This document shows, one piece after another, positions 49,222 through 61,933 of a stretch of 64,000 nucleotides of DNA. The stretch comes from Selaginella moellendorffii (Eukaryota; Plantae; Lycopodiophyta), in assembly GCF_000143415.4 (NCBI RefSeq), contig NW_003314322.1, positions 559,430 through 623,429 on the forward strand. The letters are read 5' to 3'. A model generated the notes under the pieces. That model saw only the letters and a list, made by a program, of their open reading frames with translations, was not told the DNA's origin and made no database searches. Every line of letters starts with the position of its first letter. The stretch's first letter is position 1. The position numbers and the translations under genes are program-made.

Positions 49222-50052
49222 ATGAAGGGATACGACAGCAGCATGGGAGAGTTTGATGCTCTGGGCGATGATCTAGTGCTGGACATCTTGTCTCGCCTCA
49301 AGCCAGCAGATATAATCCTTAAAGCCGGGCGCGTCTGCAAGCAATGGCGTCGCCTTGCACGCTCGCAGGAGCTCAGGGAGCTTGTGGCTCGCAGAACCGC
49401 TGGAGATCCAGATCCAGATCCAGAGCCGTGGTTTGTGCTACAGCGTGGCCACCGCTTGCTCTTGTATCCTTCACTGGAATCTCTTTTCACCAATCAGGGC
49501 TGGGCTGAGCTTGATCATGGCTCCTTCTCCGTCGGTCCGCCGGGACACAGGTTTATTCTCCTGGCGTGCGCGCTGGGGCTTGTGTGTGGGAGGCTGGAGG
49601 ATCTGGACGAGGCTGGCGGCGAGGCCATGACTTTAGCTGTTGGAAATCCACTGACGAATGCGTGGAGATTTCTTCCCCGGATTCATGTCAAGGAGAAGCC
49701 GCGCAGATACTTTATTAGGGTCAAGAGATCGGGGCATTACCATGTGATGTTGGAATTTGAGGGGTTCGACATGGATTATCATTCAAAGTCGAAGGATTGG
49801 GAAGCTTGTCCTCCTCGTGCAAAGCGAAGGAAGCTATCCTTTATTGGGTCGAGGAAAGACGGGCTTGAAGACTGGCTTGAAGGCAGGTTTGCATTGCGAG
49901 TGAGGAGACGCTCAAGGAGCAGATTGAATATCTGCTTGGGGGATGACGGATATATGATTTATTACTGGGGTCTAATTGGCGAGAAAGTGATTTTTATGGA
50001 GGAAGTAAGCGACATAACCTTTGCGTTCGTTCCTTCGTTAGCAGTGCCATGA
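49222..50052 (+). CDS. F-box protein, intronless
   Basis: FDALGDDLVLDILSRL...RVCKQWRRL, GLVC, VGNPLTNAWRFLP and C-terminal FAFVPSL. Confidence 0.9.
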   Translation: MKGYDSSMGEFDALGDDLVLDILSRLKPADIILKAGRVCKQWRRLARSQELRELVARRTAGDPDPDPEPWFVLQRGHRLLLYPSLESLFTNQGWAELDHGSFSVGPPGHRFILLACALGLVCGRLEDLDEAGGEAMTLAVGNPLTNAWRFLPRIHVKEKPRRYFIRVKRSGHYHVMLEFEGFDMDYHSKSKDWEACPPRAKRRKLSFIGSRKDGLEDWLEGRFALRVRRRSRSRLNICLGDDGYMIYYWGLIGEKVIFMEEVSDITFAFVPSLAVP

Positions 50053-51104
50053 CACAGATTTATATCCGACCATTGTTTAAAAAAAACGAAAAAGAAAGAA
50101 TGAGGAGATGTAGCTATGCTTTCCAATGAATTTGTGTGTTGAGCTTCACTGCTTTTGAACCAGACTCCGGATTGTAACGCTTGGCCGCACAAGATCGGAT
50201 GGTGGCGTCAACTTGATAACCAAAGAGCAGAAGTCGAGTTGGCAATGTTAGAGGATGAATCATCCCACATATCTGCCTATGGTTTACAAGAGAAATTTTT
50301 TAAAAAAGAACAGAGTTTCTAGCTTTTAGACCATCTGTGTGATGTTTGGCAAAATGGAATTGATCCATGAGGCCCACGCATTGTGGAGTTGGGTTCCTGA
50401 CTGTTTGTAGACTGTTTTTCTTCCAAGATCACGAGGAAAAATCCGACCTTTGGACAGGAAAAGGTACTCGAAGGAGAGACCATGCCATCTTCCCGGCGGG
50501 CAGAAAAAGAACGTTTGTAATGACGATTGAAAGTTTTTGGAACATAACCTTGTCAATCCATAGTTCCTTCAGGCTATCTAAATTTTATATTTGTATCGTT
50601 CAATACATTTCCCACGCTCGCGTATTTTTGCGAAGGGTTTAGGGTTGGCTGTGGAGGAGGCGGCAGTGGCGCAATGTCCTCCAGTGGAGCACTGTTTGAT
50701 GCGCTGTAAGATTCTTTTGCTCCATTGCAAGATTCTTTTGCTCCATTGCTTGCTTCTTTATCTTTTCCCCGGATTAGTGCTTGGAAATGTTGCTTGCTTT
50801 GACCCTTTCATTTTCTTCACCGAGTTCTTGTATGGAGCTTATGGTGTAGTCTAGATTAGCTTATGTTGATGTGAGTGCCCTGGAGATAGGATGGCTCCTG
50901 GATTTGTGCTCCACTGAAACTTGTGGTGCAGATGTTTAATCCAAATTTCTAGACAACCTCGCCATGATTCTGTGGTGAGCTCGAGTGCCATTTGGAAATA
51001 TCAGGAGCTGCGGAGCAAGCTGGCTTATATATATCTCGCAAGCCCTCTATTCTCGGGTCGATTTTCGGGGAAGAGCTTCTTCGCATTTCTCGACGCTTGG
51101 CGAG

Positions 51105-54042
51105 ATGAGCTTCGTGGCCGTTCCACGGCCTTCCTCGGTGAGCTTTACAGGCCAGGCTCTGGACTGCGTACCGTGCCACAAGGGAGTGTCCTCGTTATCC
51201 ATCCAGGCAGACAAATCCAGGAGCTCACTTCACAAGAGACTTGCGGTGGAGACGAATGTTGTCACTCGAAACGATGCGGGCGTTGTCTCTGCATCCAAAC
51301 CGGAGGAGAAGTTTCCGGTGGAGGTCAAGGAGGAGAATTTTCCTCAAAGCCAACAGCAGGTTCCGAGGCTTCTCATAGCAGGAGGTGGAATTGGAGGCCT
51401 GGTCCTCGCCTTGGCGGCTAAAAACCAAGGCCTGGATGTGAAAGTTTTCGAGAGGGACCTCAGTGCCATCCGAGGTGAAGGTCAATACAGAGGGCCCATT
51501 CAAATCCAAAGCAACGCTCTGGCCGCGCTCGAGGCTGTGGATTCTGCTGTCGCGGACGAGATAATGGAGACTGGCTGTATTACTGGAGACAGAGTTAATG
51601 GGCTTGTCGATGGACTTACAGGAACTTGGTATGTTTTTAAAGTTTTTTTCCTTTGTCTTGAACGTGATTTCTTTCCATGCACAGGTATTCCAAGTTTGAT
51701 ACTTTTACGCCGGCCGCGGAGAACGGTCTGCCCGTTACTCGTGTCATCAGTAGAATGAAGCTTCAAGAAATCTTAGCTCGAGCTGTCGGTCCCGAGCTGA
51801 TTGAGAACAATGCAAACGTTGTGGAGTTCAAAGACGACGGGTCAAAGGTATTCGCTTCTTGTCCACGAGAGAAGATATTCTTGATCTCAAGACTAGGATC
51901 TGATTTCCGCAGGTGACAGTGAAGTTGGAAGACGGGCGATACTACGAAGGAGACGTTTTGATAGGTGCAGATGGAATAAGATCAAAGGTAAGAAGGGAAG
52001 TGCGTTGCTTTCACTGGTGCTTTATTGTTGTTGAGGTTCCAGGTTCGCGAACAGCTTCTCGGCTTTCAGGAGCCAACGTACTCTGGATACACTTGCTACA
52101 CAGGAATTGCGGATTTTATTCCTCCAGACATCGACACCGTCGGGTAAGTTTCGTCTCATAGGAATGCTTCGCAGGATTTCTTCTAACTGGTCGATCTCTC
52201 GTTTTCTTTTTCTTTGTAGATACCGCGTTTTTCTAGGACACAGGCAATACTTTGTCTCGTCGGACGTGGGATATGGAAAAATGCAATGGTATGGATTTTT
52301 TAAGGAGCCAGCGGGTGGCACTGACCCTCCCGGAAGTGAGTTGTATGCAAAAAGCTATGGCGGCGATCAACTAACAGCCGCTATGGACTGTAGAACGGAA
52401 GGAAAGGCTGCTCAAACTTTTCGGCGACTGGTGCGACGGAGTTGTGGACCTGCTGCTCGCTACTCCGGAGGAGCAAATTTTGCGCCGGGATATTTATGAT
52501 CGCGTTCCCATACTCAACTGGAGCAAAGGCCGTGTTACTTTACTTGGAGACGCCGCCCATGCCATGCAACCAAACATGGGCCAAGGAGGTTGCATGGCGA
52601 TTGAGGTAACTTTGGAAAAGTTTTCTTCATTTGCTTCACGAACGCATTGTAAACTTGCAGGATGGATACCAGCTTGCGTTGGAGATAATCAAGGCATTCA
52701 AGGAGAGTGCCAACGAGAATAAATTCGTCGACTTTTCACGAGTTCTGCAAAGGTGAAAGTTGGGGAACTCCCATTCCCAGTGGCTGATGCTTTTCCTGTT
52801 CTTCCTTTTTTTTCCGCAGTTATGAGAGCCAAAGGAGGCTGCGAGTGGGTGCCATACATGGGATGGCACGAATGGCTGCAGTAATGGCTACTACATACAA
52901 GCCATATCTTGGCGTAGGACTCGGGCCTTTATCGGTATAGCGTTTGTGATTTTCCCGGCTGACAATGCGGACTTAACAACCAGCTCTTCTCCTTTGGCAG
53001 TTCATAAAGAAACTTAGGATTCCGCATCCAGGCAGGGTTTTCGGAAGATTTTTTGTCAACATAGCAATGCCGGTGATGCTTAGCTGGGTGCTTGGCGGCA
53101 ACAGGTTTTTTTTTCTTGCCGCGTCTTTCGTTGCATAAGATAGTTATAAACTGTGTTGTCGCAGTGCTGCTTTGGAAGGCCGAACGCCCTCATGTAGATT
53201 AACTGACAAGGTTGGTTTGTCTGTTTTCTCGTTGGTTTTCTATTGATTTTGTTACGTTTCTTCTACAGGCTAGCGATAAACTCCCGGAATGGCTCAGGAA
53301 TGACGATGCTCTAGAGCGTGCTACTTCAGCAGAGTGAGCATGGCCAGTTTTTGTTTCTTACGGAGTAAAGCATTAATATACAGGTGGTACCTCGTACCTG
53401 ACGGCGAGCAAATGCCATTCCAAGGAGACATAACGGCATCGGGGAAGAAGCTCTTCAGACTTGAGCAGGGACTTTCGAACATCATTGGGTAATTACTTCT
53501 TACATTCTCTTGGAGCCTCTTCTCTCTGACTCAGTCCGGCTTATATTTTAGCAGGAGAATGCCAGCCAACAAGGAAGGAAATGTTTTCGTGATAGATAGC
53601 TCTCAGGTACTTTGCAATTTGTTTAGTTCTTCCAGAGAATCTCGAATACAGGTTGCGGATAAGCACGCCGAGATAACGTTCGTAAATGGGGCGGTTTTCC
53701 TCACGGACTTTGGCAGCGGTAAAGGCACCTGGATCACAAAGTAAGTAGGCACGTCCTCGCTCGTTTTCTTAACCGAGTTTGTGAGCTTTTACGCAGCGTT
53801 AATGGTGGTCGTTACAAAGCTCCACATCACGTCCCCGTTCGGCTTCACGCAGGAGAATTACTGGAATTTGGAGAAGGCAAAGAGGTAAGAAACAGCAAAC
53901 CTCGTTTCATTTATCATCCAGTCTTATGTGATCTCTCTTCTTGGATTTCAAGGCGGCCTTTGGAATCAAGCAGAGAAAAGAGTCCATGCCAAGCGTTGCC
54001 AGATCGAAAACACCACCAGGGATGGCTCTTGCGGTGACCTGA
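51105..54042 (+). CDS. ZEP: Zeaxanthin epoxidase with C-terminal FHA domain, multi-exon
   Basis: IAGGGIGGL, RGEGQYRGPIQIQSNALAALEA, GADGIRSKVR, LLGDAAHAMQPNMGQGGCMAIED, IPHPGRV and an FHA-like end. Confidence 0.96.
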
Positions 54043-54870
54043 TGAAAGATGTGAAAAACGCAACGTAAAGAGCGTTTTCATTCGTTTCTTCATCATTTTT
54101 AATCTGTGAGCCAGGGAAAAGCTCTATAGCAAACTTGTCGTGGATGGGAACAGCCGTATCAAATATCTCGAGCAGTACTGGGTACATTTGCGCTGCTATT
54201 TGATGACTTTGGTTCGCCTTTTTGGTACTCTAGCTATTCTTCTCGCAGGCATTGAAAGAGACAACGGCGAGAACCCGAGAAGAAGAGAAGAAAAATGGAG
54301 CAGTGCATGGACAGCGCGAGATAATCGCTGGACGTGAAAGGCGCCGAGCTTCCGTCTTACTAAAATACTTCGTACAATCGGAAAGCAAAGGTGGCGGACG
54401 TTGTTGACTTTGAATGCCAGTCTTGTTTAAGTCTTTCCAGCTAAAAAAAATTCCAAGGTTTGATCTTAAAATTTCGCGAAGCCGGCCAATATCTAACAAC
54501 ACTACAAAGCTCAAGTCAATGGAATCTAGCGAAACAGTAGGCAGCGGCGAGTAGCGAATATTCTGCCAGCCGCACTGGGTTCGATTCTCCTCTCTCTCAC
54601 TTTTTCTTCTTTTTAATACTTATAGGTTACATTTCTTTTCTCTTCGTCCTCCCATCATGCGCTATGGTGATTGCGCGTGAAAGGAGGCTTCTTTGTTTCT
54701 TTCCATTCTTTCTTCCTGGCTCCAAATCCACAGAGCGATCGCGATCGCTAACTTCTAGGATCGCTGGTCGGTTGATTCTTGCGATTTTTTTTGTCACGCT
54801 CTCGTGCGCGCTCGCATGATCGCCCAATTCTCCCCTCTTCTCTTCTGTGAGACCTCTCTATAGGATCGTC

Positions 54871-56757
54871 ATGGCGGATCTAGAGCACAAGATCAATCCT
54901 CGCGCGCACAGGGCGGGGCTGCGAAGACTCTCCGAGAGGGCCAACGCATTCTCCGAGAGGATCTCCGCCTCTTCTTCCTGTTCTTCCTCCTCCTCCGCGG
55001 GATCATCCCTCTCTTGCGACTCCATCGCCCAATTCGGGAAGCAGCTCGCCGATCACCTGCGCGCCAGCGGCATCCCTCTCGCGCCGGGCCTGTCCGACCA
55101 CGAATTCGAGCGAATCGAGGCGTTGCAAGGCTTCTCCTTCCCTCCGGATCTCCGCGCGCTGCTCGCCCACGGCGTCCCCTCCGGCGCTGGCTTCCCCGAC
55201 TGGCGATCGGCGTCGCCCGCCACGCTCGCGCGCTGGATTGGTATCCCGGGCGCCGCGATTGGCCACCGGGTGGAGCGATCGGGTCTCTGGCGCGGCGGTA
55301 GTCCGCGCGGTACGCTGCCGCATGCCGCGCGTCGCACCGCGCGGTACCGGTTTCAAACGAGCCCGGTTATGGTGCCCGTCTTTGGCCTCTTCTTCCTTCC
55401 CGCGTCGCCGGCTCGCGCTGGAAATCCCCTCTTTCTCGTCCACAATGGCGCGATCGTGTGCTGCGGCGGTGGAATCGGCGAGTTCGTGCACATGGCATTC
55501 CTGGGTCTCGACGAGAATCGCAATGGCGGCGCGGATGATCGAGAGGAGGGCGAGGGCGAGTTCCCGTTCGTGATCGAGGAGGAATTCGAGGAGGAAGAGG
55601 AAGAGCCAGATCGGCGGCGGTGGTCGACGAGCTTCGTGGAGAATCGCTGGCCCATGAGGTCGATGCTCTTCCTCGAGGAGCGATCGAAGTCTCTTCCGGC
55701 TGGGTGCCGCGAGGCGGCGGCGGCGGCGATTGAGGGCCGCGAATTCGAGTCCTGGGGGAGGAATCTGGACGCCCTTGCCACGACGCTGGGAACGAGGAAG
55801 AAGAAGAACAGGGCCGAAAAGATTCCCCAAGAAGATTCTCCTTCTCCTTCCTTGGGGCAGCAGAGGACGAGCTTCGCATGCTATGGATCATCATCGCGGG
55901 CCAAAATCTACGAATTGGGCGGCGGCAAATCGATGCCAGGAGCGCGTTTGAATCGGATCATCACCAGGAATTTGGCAGCTTTGCCCAGGAATCATTCATC
56001 GACCGCCGGGAGCTCTTCGTGCTCGTCCCCTGTTGCCAGGGCCGGCGGCGGCGTGAGGAGGATCGAGTTCTGGAGCGATGTCGCGGACAGGATGATCAAG
56101 CAATCGACGAAAGAGGAAGAAGAATCCTTCGCGCTTTCGATGTGCCTCGCCCCCATCGCTTCTTCCAACTCCTCCTCTTCGTCTAGCAGCTCGGGCCACC
56201 ACCATCACCGGCGGACCGTGTCCTTCTCGGCAGCTATCGATCGAGCTGTGGATGCCAATTCTTCTTCTTCGGCGACAGAAGCCACGCGATCGGCAGCAAT
56301 TCCCGAGAAGATTGCGATCATCTCTCCAAGGTCAGCGGTGAAAACGTCGATCGCCACGAAGAAGTGGGATTTTCCAGGGGATCACGCGGGACCCATGTCG
56401 ATTCCTGCCGCGCCGGAAGCGAGCAGCAGCTGGAAGAAATCATCTGGCGACGGCGACGGCGATGGATCTCAGCTGGTGGCGAGCTTGCTCGAGGATGTGG
56501 CCGCGCGGCTGAGGAGCGCTGGGTGGCGCGAGGAGGAGGTGCTGGAGATGGTGGAGGGGGCGTCGCCAAAGTCGGTGCTGGACAGCGTCAAGACGAGCAG
56601 CTCCAAAAAGGAGGAAGAACAGCACCACCACCGGCAAAATGGATCCACCAAGACTTTGGATTCGATGCTTCTGTCAAGTTCGCTCAAGGCTGCGGGATTT
56701 AGCGTGCAGGAGGTGTCGGACGCGCTGTGCTTCGATCTGGGAGTGGAGTGTCGCTGA
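54871..56757 (+). CDS. Plant SMI1/KNR4-like domain protein, intronless
   Basis: PGLSDHEFERIE..FSFPPDLRALL..G.P.G.GFPDWR, P.MVPVF, GNPLF and IEFWSD motifs. Confidence 0.8.
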   Translation: MADLEHKINPRAHRAGLRRLSERANAFSERISASSSCSSSSSAGSSLSCDSIAQFGKQLADHLRASGIPLAPGLSDHEFERIEALQGFSFPPDLRALLAHGVPSGAGFPDWRSASPATLARWIGIPGAAIGHRVERSGLWRGGSPRGTLPHAARRTARYRFQTSPVMVPVFGLFFLPASPARAGNPLFLVHNGAIVCCGGGIGEFVHMAFLGLDENRNGGADDREEGEGEFPFVIEEEFEEEEEEPDRRRWSTSFVENRWPMRSMLFLEERSKSLPAGCREAAAAAIEGREFESWGRNLDALATTLGTRKKKNRAEKIPQEDSPSPSLGQQRTSFACYGSSSRAKIYELGGGKSMPGARLNRIITRNLAALPRNHSSTAGSSSCSSPVARAGGGVRRIEFWSDVADRMIKQSTKEEEESFALSMCLAPIASSNSSSSSSSSGHHHHRRTVSFSAAIDRAVDANSSSSATEATRSAAIPEKIAIISPRSAVKTSIATKKWDFPGDHAGPMSIPAAPEASSSWKKSSGDGDGDGSQLVASLLEDVAARLRSAGWREEEVLEMVEGASPKSVLDSVKTSSSKKEEEQHHHRQNGSTKTLDSMLLSSSLKAAGFSVQEVSDALCFDLGVECR

Positions 56758-58074
56758 AACAAAAAAAGAAAAGAAAAGCCAGAGAGTTCTAAGAAAGAAA
56801 AGCGAGACTGTAGTGTAGGTACCTTCAAACCTCGGAAGGGTCTCGGTGAGAGCTGCCAGTTTTTTCTCGCTCGATTCCTTCACGGACCAAAAGCATGATG
56901 TAAGAACTTACGATCAGAAGAAAACGAAAAATAAAAAGAAAAACGAAAGCTTACGTTTAGAGTAAATCCACCACCTTGTTGATTCTTTCGGTGGATCTTC
57001 CTCCGTTTTGTCTGTGTGTTTTTGCTTCTTTTCCTTTTTTCTCGTCCTATGTGTAGTGTAAGTGTTCCAGAGCGAAAGAGCGCTTGGATCCAAGCGAGTA
57101 TGTCCAAATACTTTTCTCCTGTTGTTGAGCTTGGCAGAGCATTTATCCAAATCGCTGCTGCTGTTGCTGTTCACGGCCCTCCAGACTGCTGCTTAAAATC
57201 CCAGTGCTTCAGATTCCTGGTGTTTAGTTTGGAGCATTTTGGCTGTGTCGCTTAGCGCCGAAGTATTTCATCGCGGATGATTCTCTGTTGGCGTCGTCGA
57301 GAGATGGCCAAAAGAGCGTGGGGAATTTCCTGTAAGAGTTAGACAGGACATAGCTAGCAATCAGGAGAACAGGGAGTAAAGGAAGAAAAGAGAAATCACC
57401 CTCTTTGCGAAGCAAGATGAAAAAACATCGCTGTATAATTAAAGCTGCCGCAACAAACTCACAGTACTCCACCCCAAGACACACAAAACGCGTGAAACAC
57501 CTATCCCTCCACATGCTGCTGGTGAGCGAAACAAGCAAACAGGCAGGCTAGCCCCTCGGTTAAACTTCAGGCTTCTCAGGCTTGACACAATCACGGACGA
57601 CTCGACTCGGACTCTCTTGCTGACTTCCAACACGGAGGACTAGCGCAAAAGTCATAGATACCTGGATTTATATATACAAGACGTACATGTGGGAGGAGCG
57701 GCGAAGAGCGTCGAAGGTTCTAAACAACTTGTGCTCGCGGTCGTGTCCCTGAGTGAAAGGAAAGGAAAGCAAACAGCCTTGAATGGCGATGAGAAAGATC
57801 AGCTACGAAAAGCAAAAAGATCACAGAAACTTACAACGTCCGAGAAGTCCGAGAAGTCGCTGTTTGTGTCCACACGACATGAGATGCGCTTGTTGGGAGT
57901 TTTGTTACTGCTGGTGTTGATAGAGTAGTCACTAAGGAGACGTGAAGAGGCGGAGTTCTTGCGTAGATGGATGGATCAGCTGCTCTAGTTTCCTGTCAAT
58001 GGACCTATAGCTAAAAACCCGAAAGTTCCTTCTGTACCGTAGAGGACTACGTTGGCGGCTGGGGCAGCGTCAAA

Positions 58075-58956
58075 TCAAGTCGCCACTTGCTGGTCCAGAT
58101 TGAGGATCCTTTTGAGGTCTTTGGTGGCAAATGCGGCGTCCCAGCAGTTGCATGGCGCTTGCGGCGATGGCGACGCCAAGTTACTGCCCGCAACGTCGAT
58201 ATCTTCCGAGGGCGATCCGCCACTGTTGCTGAAGGCCACCTCCATCGAGAGAGATCGCACGGGAACCGAGAACTTTGGAAATGGCAGTGAGCTTGGGGGT
58301 GGGGACTTTGAGTAGGCCGGACCAGCCCACTTCTCGTCCTCAAACTCTGCTTTTGCTGCCGGGTTCTTCGCATCGATCGGCGAGCTCAAAGATCTGTTGA
58401 GGCAAGGCGCGACGTTGGCAGCACCGCAAGCTACTTGTTGCTTCCTGTAAGATCCCATCGCCTTGTCATACCTTGTGGACGTAGAAAACGCCTTCTTTGA
58501 GCCACTTACGAGCTTCTTCGTCTCTGTGTTACCGTTGGCCTTGACTATAGTCACCTCGACACTGTTCTCTTCGTCCGCGGCAGCGTGGATCTTCCGGTTC
58601 CGCTGGGAAGTTCCAGTCAGAGCGTTGTTCCTATCGTGTTGCTGTTGGGCAGCTCCAGGGAAATCGGCCTTTGCTCCGGTACAGGCGGAAGAAGGGTGGT
58701 GAAACAAACTGGATGGGAGGGACGAAGAGCGAGACAAAACAGTAACTGGCGGCGTCCCTGGAAGAGATTGCGGCTGGCGCTCATAGCGGTGGAAGCAATG
58801 CGGAGACCATGGGGCGTGGCAAGGATGAGGAGGCGGCGGAGAAGAAGACCACTGGATGAGCGAGGATGGATCCCTCGTCTTCCTCGACCTGGAAAGGATT
58901 TGGCTTACCCCAGACATGGAACGATCATCCTCTGGCGCCCGGAGGAGGAATTCCAT
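58075..58956 (-). CDS. Low-complexity protein with PNRC-type proline-rich motif and C-terminal LKRILNL motif
   Basis: WAGPAYSKSPPPSSLPFPKF and ATKDLKRILNLD. The first ATG of the long ORF is at 58956. Confidence 0.8.
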   Translation of the reverse strand: MEFLLRAPEDDRSMSGVSQILSRSRKTRDPSSLIQWSSSPPPPHPCHAPWSPHCFHRYERQPQSLPGTPPVTVLSRSSSLPSSLFHHPSSACTGAKADFPGAAQQQHDRNNALTGTSQRNRKIHAAADEENSVEVTIVKANGNTETKKLVSGSKKAFSTSTRYDKAMGSYRKQQVACGAANVAPCLNRSLSSPIDAKNPAAKAEFEDEKWAGPAYSKSPPPSSLPFPKFSVPVRSLSMEVAFSNSGGSPSEDIDVAGSNLASPSPQAPCNCWDAAFATKDLKRILNLDQQVAT

Positions 58957-59427
58957 GGAATCGCGACATGCGGGCGAAGCGCGCTCGAGCGATGAGGGAT
59001 TTCGGAGAAAGAATGCGGCACTGGCAAAGATTGCGAAGGAGGAGGCCAACTATCGCAAGAATCGCGAGGAGGAGCGCGAGGAGAGATCGAAATGCGGCAC
59101 CTGTGATTACGAGGACGCGCGGTGAATCGGCGCCTTCGATCGATCGCCCCGTCTGTCCGCCCTGCCTGGCTGCCCTAGTTCTAGACAAAGAAGATGAAGC
59201 AAAAGAGTGATTTTGGCCGGTAACTTTATCAAAGGCCTTCGCTTCCCCAGAGGGTAAAATTACGTTTACGCGAATCCCAGTCAGCATCACTTTGCAACAT
59301 ATCTCCATGCATCACTTGCCAATATGATTGGAGGAATCTCTCTCTCGTCTCTTTCACATTTTACTCTTTCCTACCCCGCATTTTAAACTTGCCCAGAGAA
59401 TTAGGGCTCTTATTTTAGGGTTTTTGT

Positions 59428-61889
59428 ATGGGGAGATCGCGCGCGGCATCTGCGGTCGAGGACGAGGCCGGATGGCAGAGGTGAGATTGTCAGACGCTGT
59501 GGATGGATTGATTGTGGACTGTTTCATAGATCCAAGCGGCGGCGGTATGCTCCCGAGAGTTTGGAAACTCCAACTCCAGGTACTTTACAGCAAATTTCTG
59601 TGGAAGGAGTGAAGCTGAGCTGAGCTGGTGCGCAATGCAGGATCGAGCGAGGCAAAGCGAGCGGCTTATCACTGCAATTACTGCAACAAGGATGTGTCGG
59701 GGATGATCAGGATAAAATGTGCCAAGTGTGCTGATTTTGATCTGTGCATCGAATGCTTCTCTGTCGGTGTGGAGATTTCGACGCACAAGAGCAATCATCC
59801 TTACAGAGTCATTGTGAGTGTTTTTTTTCTTACGTTTCTTCGTCGTTCTCACGGATGACTCTTTTGTCAGGACAATCTCTCATTTCCTCTCATTCACCCG
59901 GACTGGAACGCGGACGAGGAGATTTTACTTTTGGAAGTAAGACTTTGGAGACTAGAACTGTAAACCACTGGACTCACGCGTATCATGGCAGGGAATCGAA
60001 ATGTATGGATTGGGAAATTGGGCAGAGGTTGCCGAGCACGTTGGTACAAAGAACAAGACACGATGTTATGAGCACTATATGACGGAGTACATGAAATCTG
60101 TTTGCTCGCCTCTTCCGGTATGCCAGTTCCTCTGATCCTCTGGTATTTTTCTAAATTTTTTTGTTTGCAGGACATGTCTAATGTTGCTGGGAAAACGAAG
60201 GCCGAGCTCTTAGCGCTAGCCAAAGCTTATACGGAAGGAAAGAAAAGTACGTATTGTGGTTTTATAATGCTCGGGGTGATTTCTTACTTTGAAACTCTGC
60301 AGACTTGCTGCCTTATCCAGACGGATCAACTCCAAGAACAGTGAAGCAGGAGGCCACTATCTCCCCTTCGAGAATCAAGTGCTGTTTTTTCATGACTTTT
60401 TTCACCTCTGAGTTTGTATAATTTGCAGGGTCGAGGATACTAAAACTGAACCTCTTGAAAGATCCCCAACGCGTGTTTCATCAGGTTGGTCATACTCGAT
60501 CTAGAACTACAACTTATACTTGGTGACATGAATTTAGGCCTGAAAGCGGGGGCTAAGAAAGAAGTGGAGGATACCGAGGGGCAATTAAATGAGTCTCTCC
60601 CAAGTAACCCGGTCTCTGCTGGTAAAAAGTCCGCAGGGTCTCAAGTAAAGGAAGCACCGGACACTGCAAATGGAGCAAATCCTACGCTTGAAGGTAAGTC
60701 GCTCTGTTCGAGCAGTTTCAGTTCCTTATTATGATGTTTAGATGGAGGTCAAAGCACTCGTAGTTTGGGGAACAAGAAGCCGAAACCAGCACAGGACGAA
60801 ACTAAACCCAGTCTTGCGACAACGGATACAACCGGCTACAATGCCAAGAGACAGGAGTTTGATCCAGAATACGATAACGATGCAGAGCTCCCACTGGCAG
60901 AAATGGAGTTTAAAGACATCGATACAGATGCTGATCGCGAGCTCAAATTGCAAATGCTGCATATTTATCTTGCAAGGTATTGTTTCTAAGAAGTTTACGT
61001 AAGTGTTTCATCTCTGAACCATGCAGGCTTGAAGAAAGAAAACGGCGGAAGGATTTCATACTTGAAAGAGGGCTACTAAATGTGAAGCGCCAGCAGGCAT
61101 TAGACAGGAAGAAGACCAAGGAGGAAAAAGAACTGATTCAAAGAAGTCGGGTGTTTCTTCGCTATCATTCATCAGAAGAACATGAGGCACTTCTTGCAGG
61201 GCTTACTGCTGAGATCAAGATTCGACAGCGTATAGAAGAACTACAAGTGAGTTAAATCTTGTGACCTGAAGTTTCATCCCTACGTTTTTGCAGGAATATC
61301 GCAGTGCTGGCTGTCATACTTTGGCCGAAGGAGAGTATTACGCGATGGACAAGAGAAAGCGCAGTGCCGAGGCCAACCTCAGAAAGGGAAGAGACGCACT
61401 GAACAGCAAGATGACTAACAGATCAAATCGTGCAATAAATAGAGACGGCGCGGAGCCGTCCTCCTCAGGCACCCGTGACATGCAAAGGTATCGAAGCGGA
61501 GCCAACAACATATCGAAACTTCCGTCGGTGGGAGTTAAAACAACGAAGAAAAGTTCGAGCTTCAGTCCACTGGACCTGGCTGGCTTTCCGGGGATTGATC
61601 TCCTGTCAAGCACGGTAAAGTTCGCCTTCGCTTCACTCGACGTGCTTCTAATCTGGCTGCTCGTTTGTTACAGGAGCAAGACCTGTGCTCTCAGTTAAGA
61701 CTATTACCAGCGCATTATCTAAAGATGAAAGAGGTTCTTATGCTAGAGAATGTTGAAAAGGGGGGCCTGAGGCGCGACGATGCATGCCACCTGTTCAAGG
61801 TTGATGCGGCCAAGACGGAGCGTGTGTTTGATTTCTTATGGAAGATGGGTTGGATTGAGGCGTCCAACGATATTCTTCCCAGTTTATAA
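59428..61889 (+). CDS. ADA2: Transcriptional adaptor ADA2 (ZZ, SANT, SWIRM), multi-exon
   Basis: YHCNYCNKD..RIKCAKCADFDLCIECF, DWNADEEILLLE, GLGNWAEVAEHVGTK, EFDPEYDNDAE and LCSQLRLLPAHYL. Confidence 0.96.
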
Positions 61890-61933
61890 AGAGGAAAGCG
61901 TGGTGGTTAGCGCCCTCCCTCGATTTGCAAGCA

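Noticed and set aside
45474-56757. Toxin-immunity pair of the Crinkler-like nuclease and the SMI1/KNR4 protein
   Set aside because: They are separated by the F-box and ZEP genes, and the SMI1/KNR4-like family is broadly conserved in plants. Nothing in the sequence links them.
56900-58000. miRNA/snoRNA in the convergent intergenic region
   Set aside because: No conserved miRNA sequence, clear hairpin or paired C/D boxes seen; consistent with 3' UTRs.
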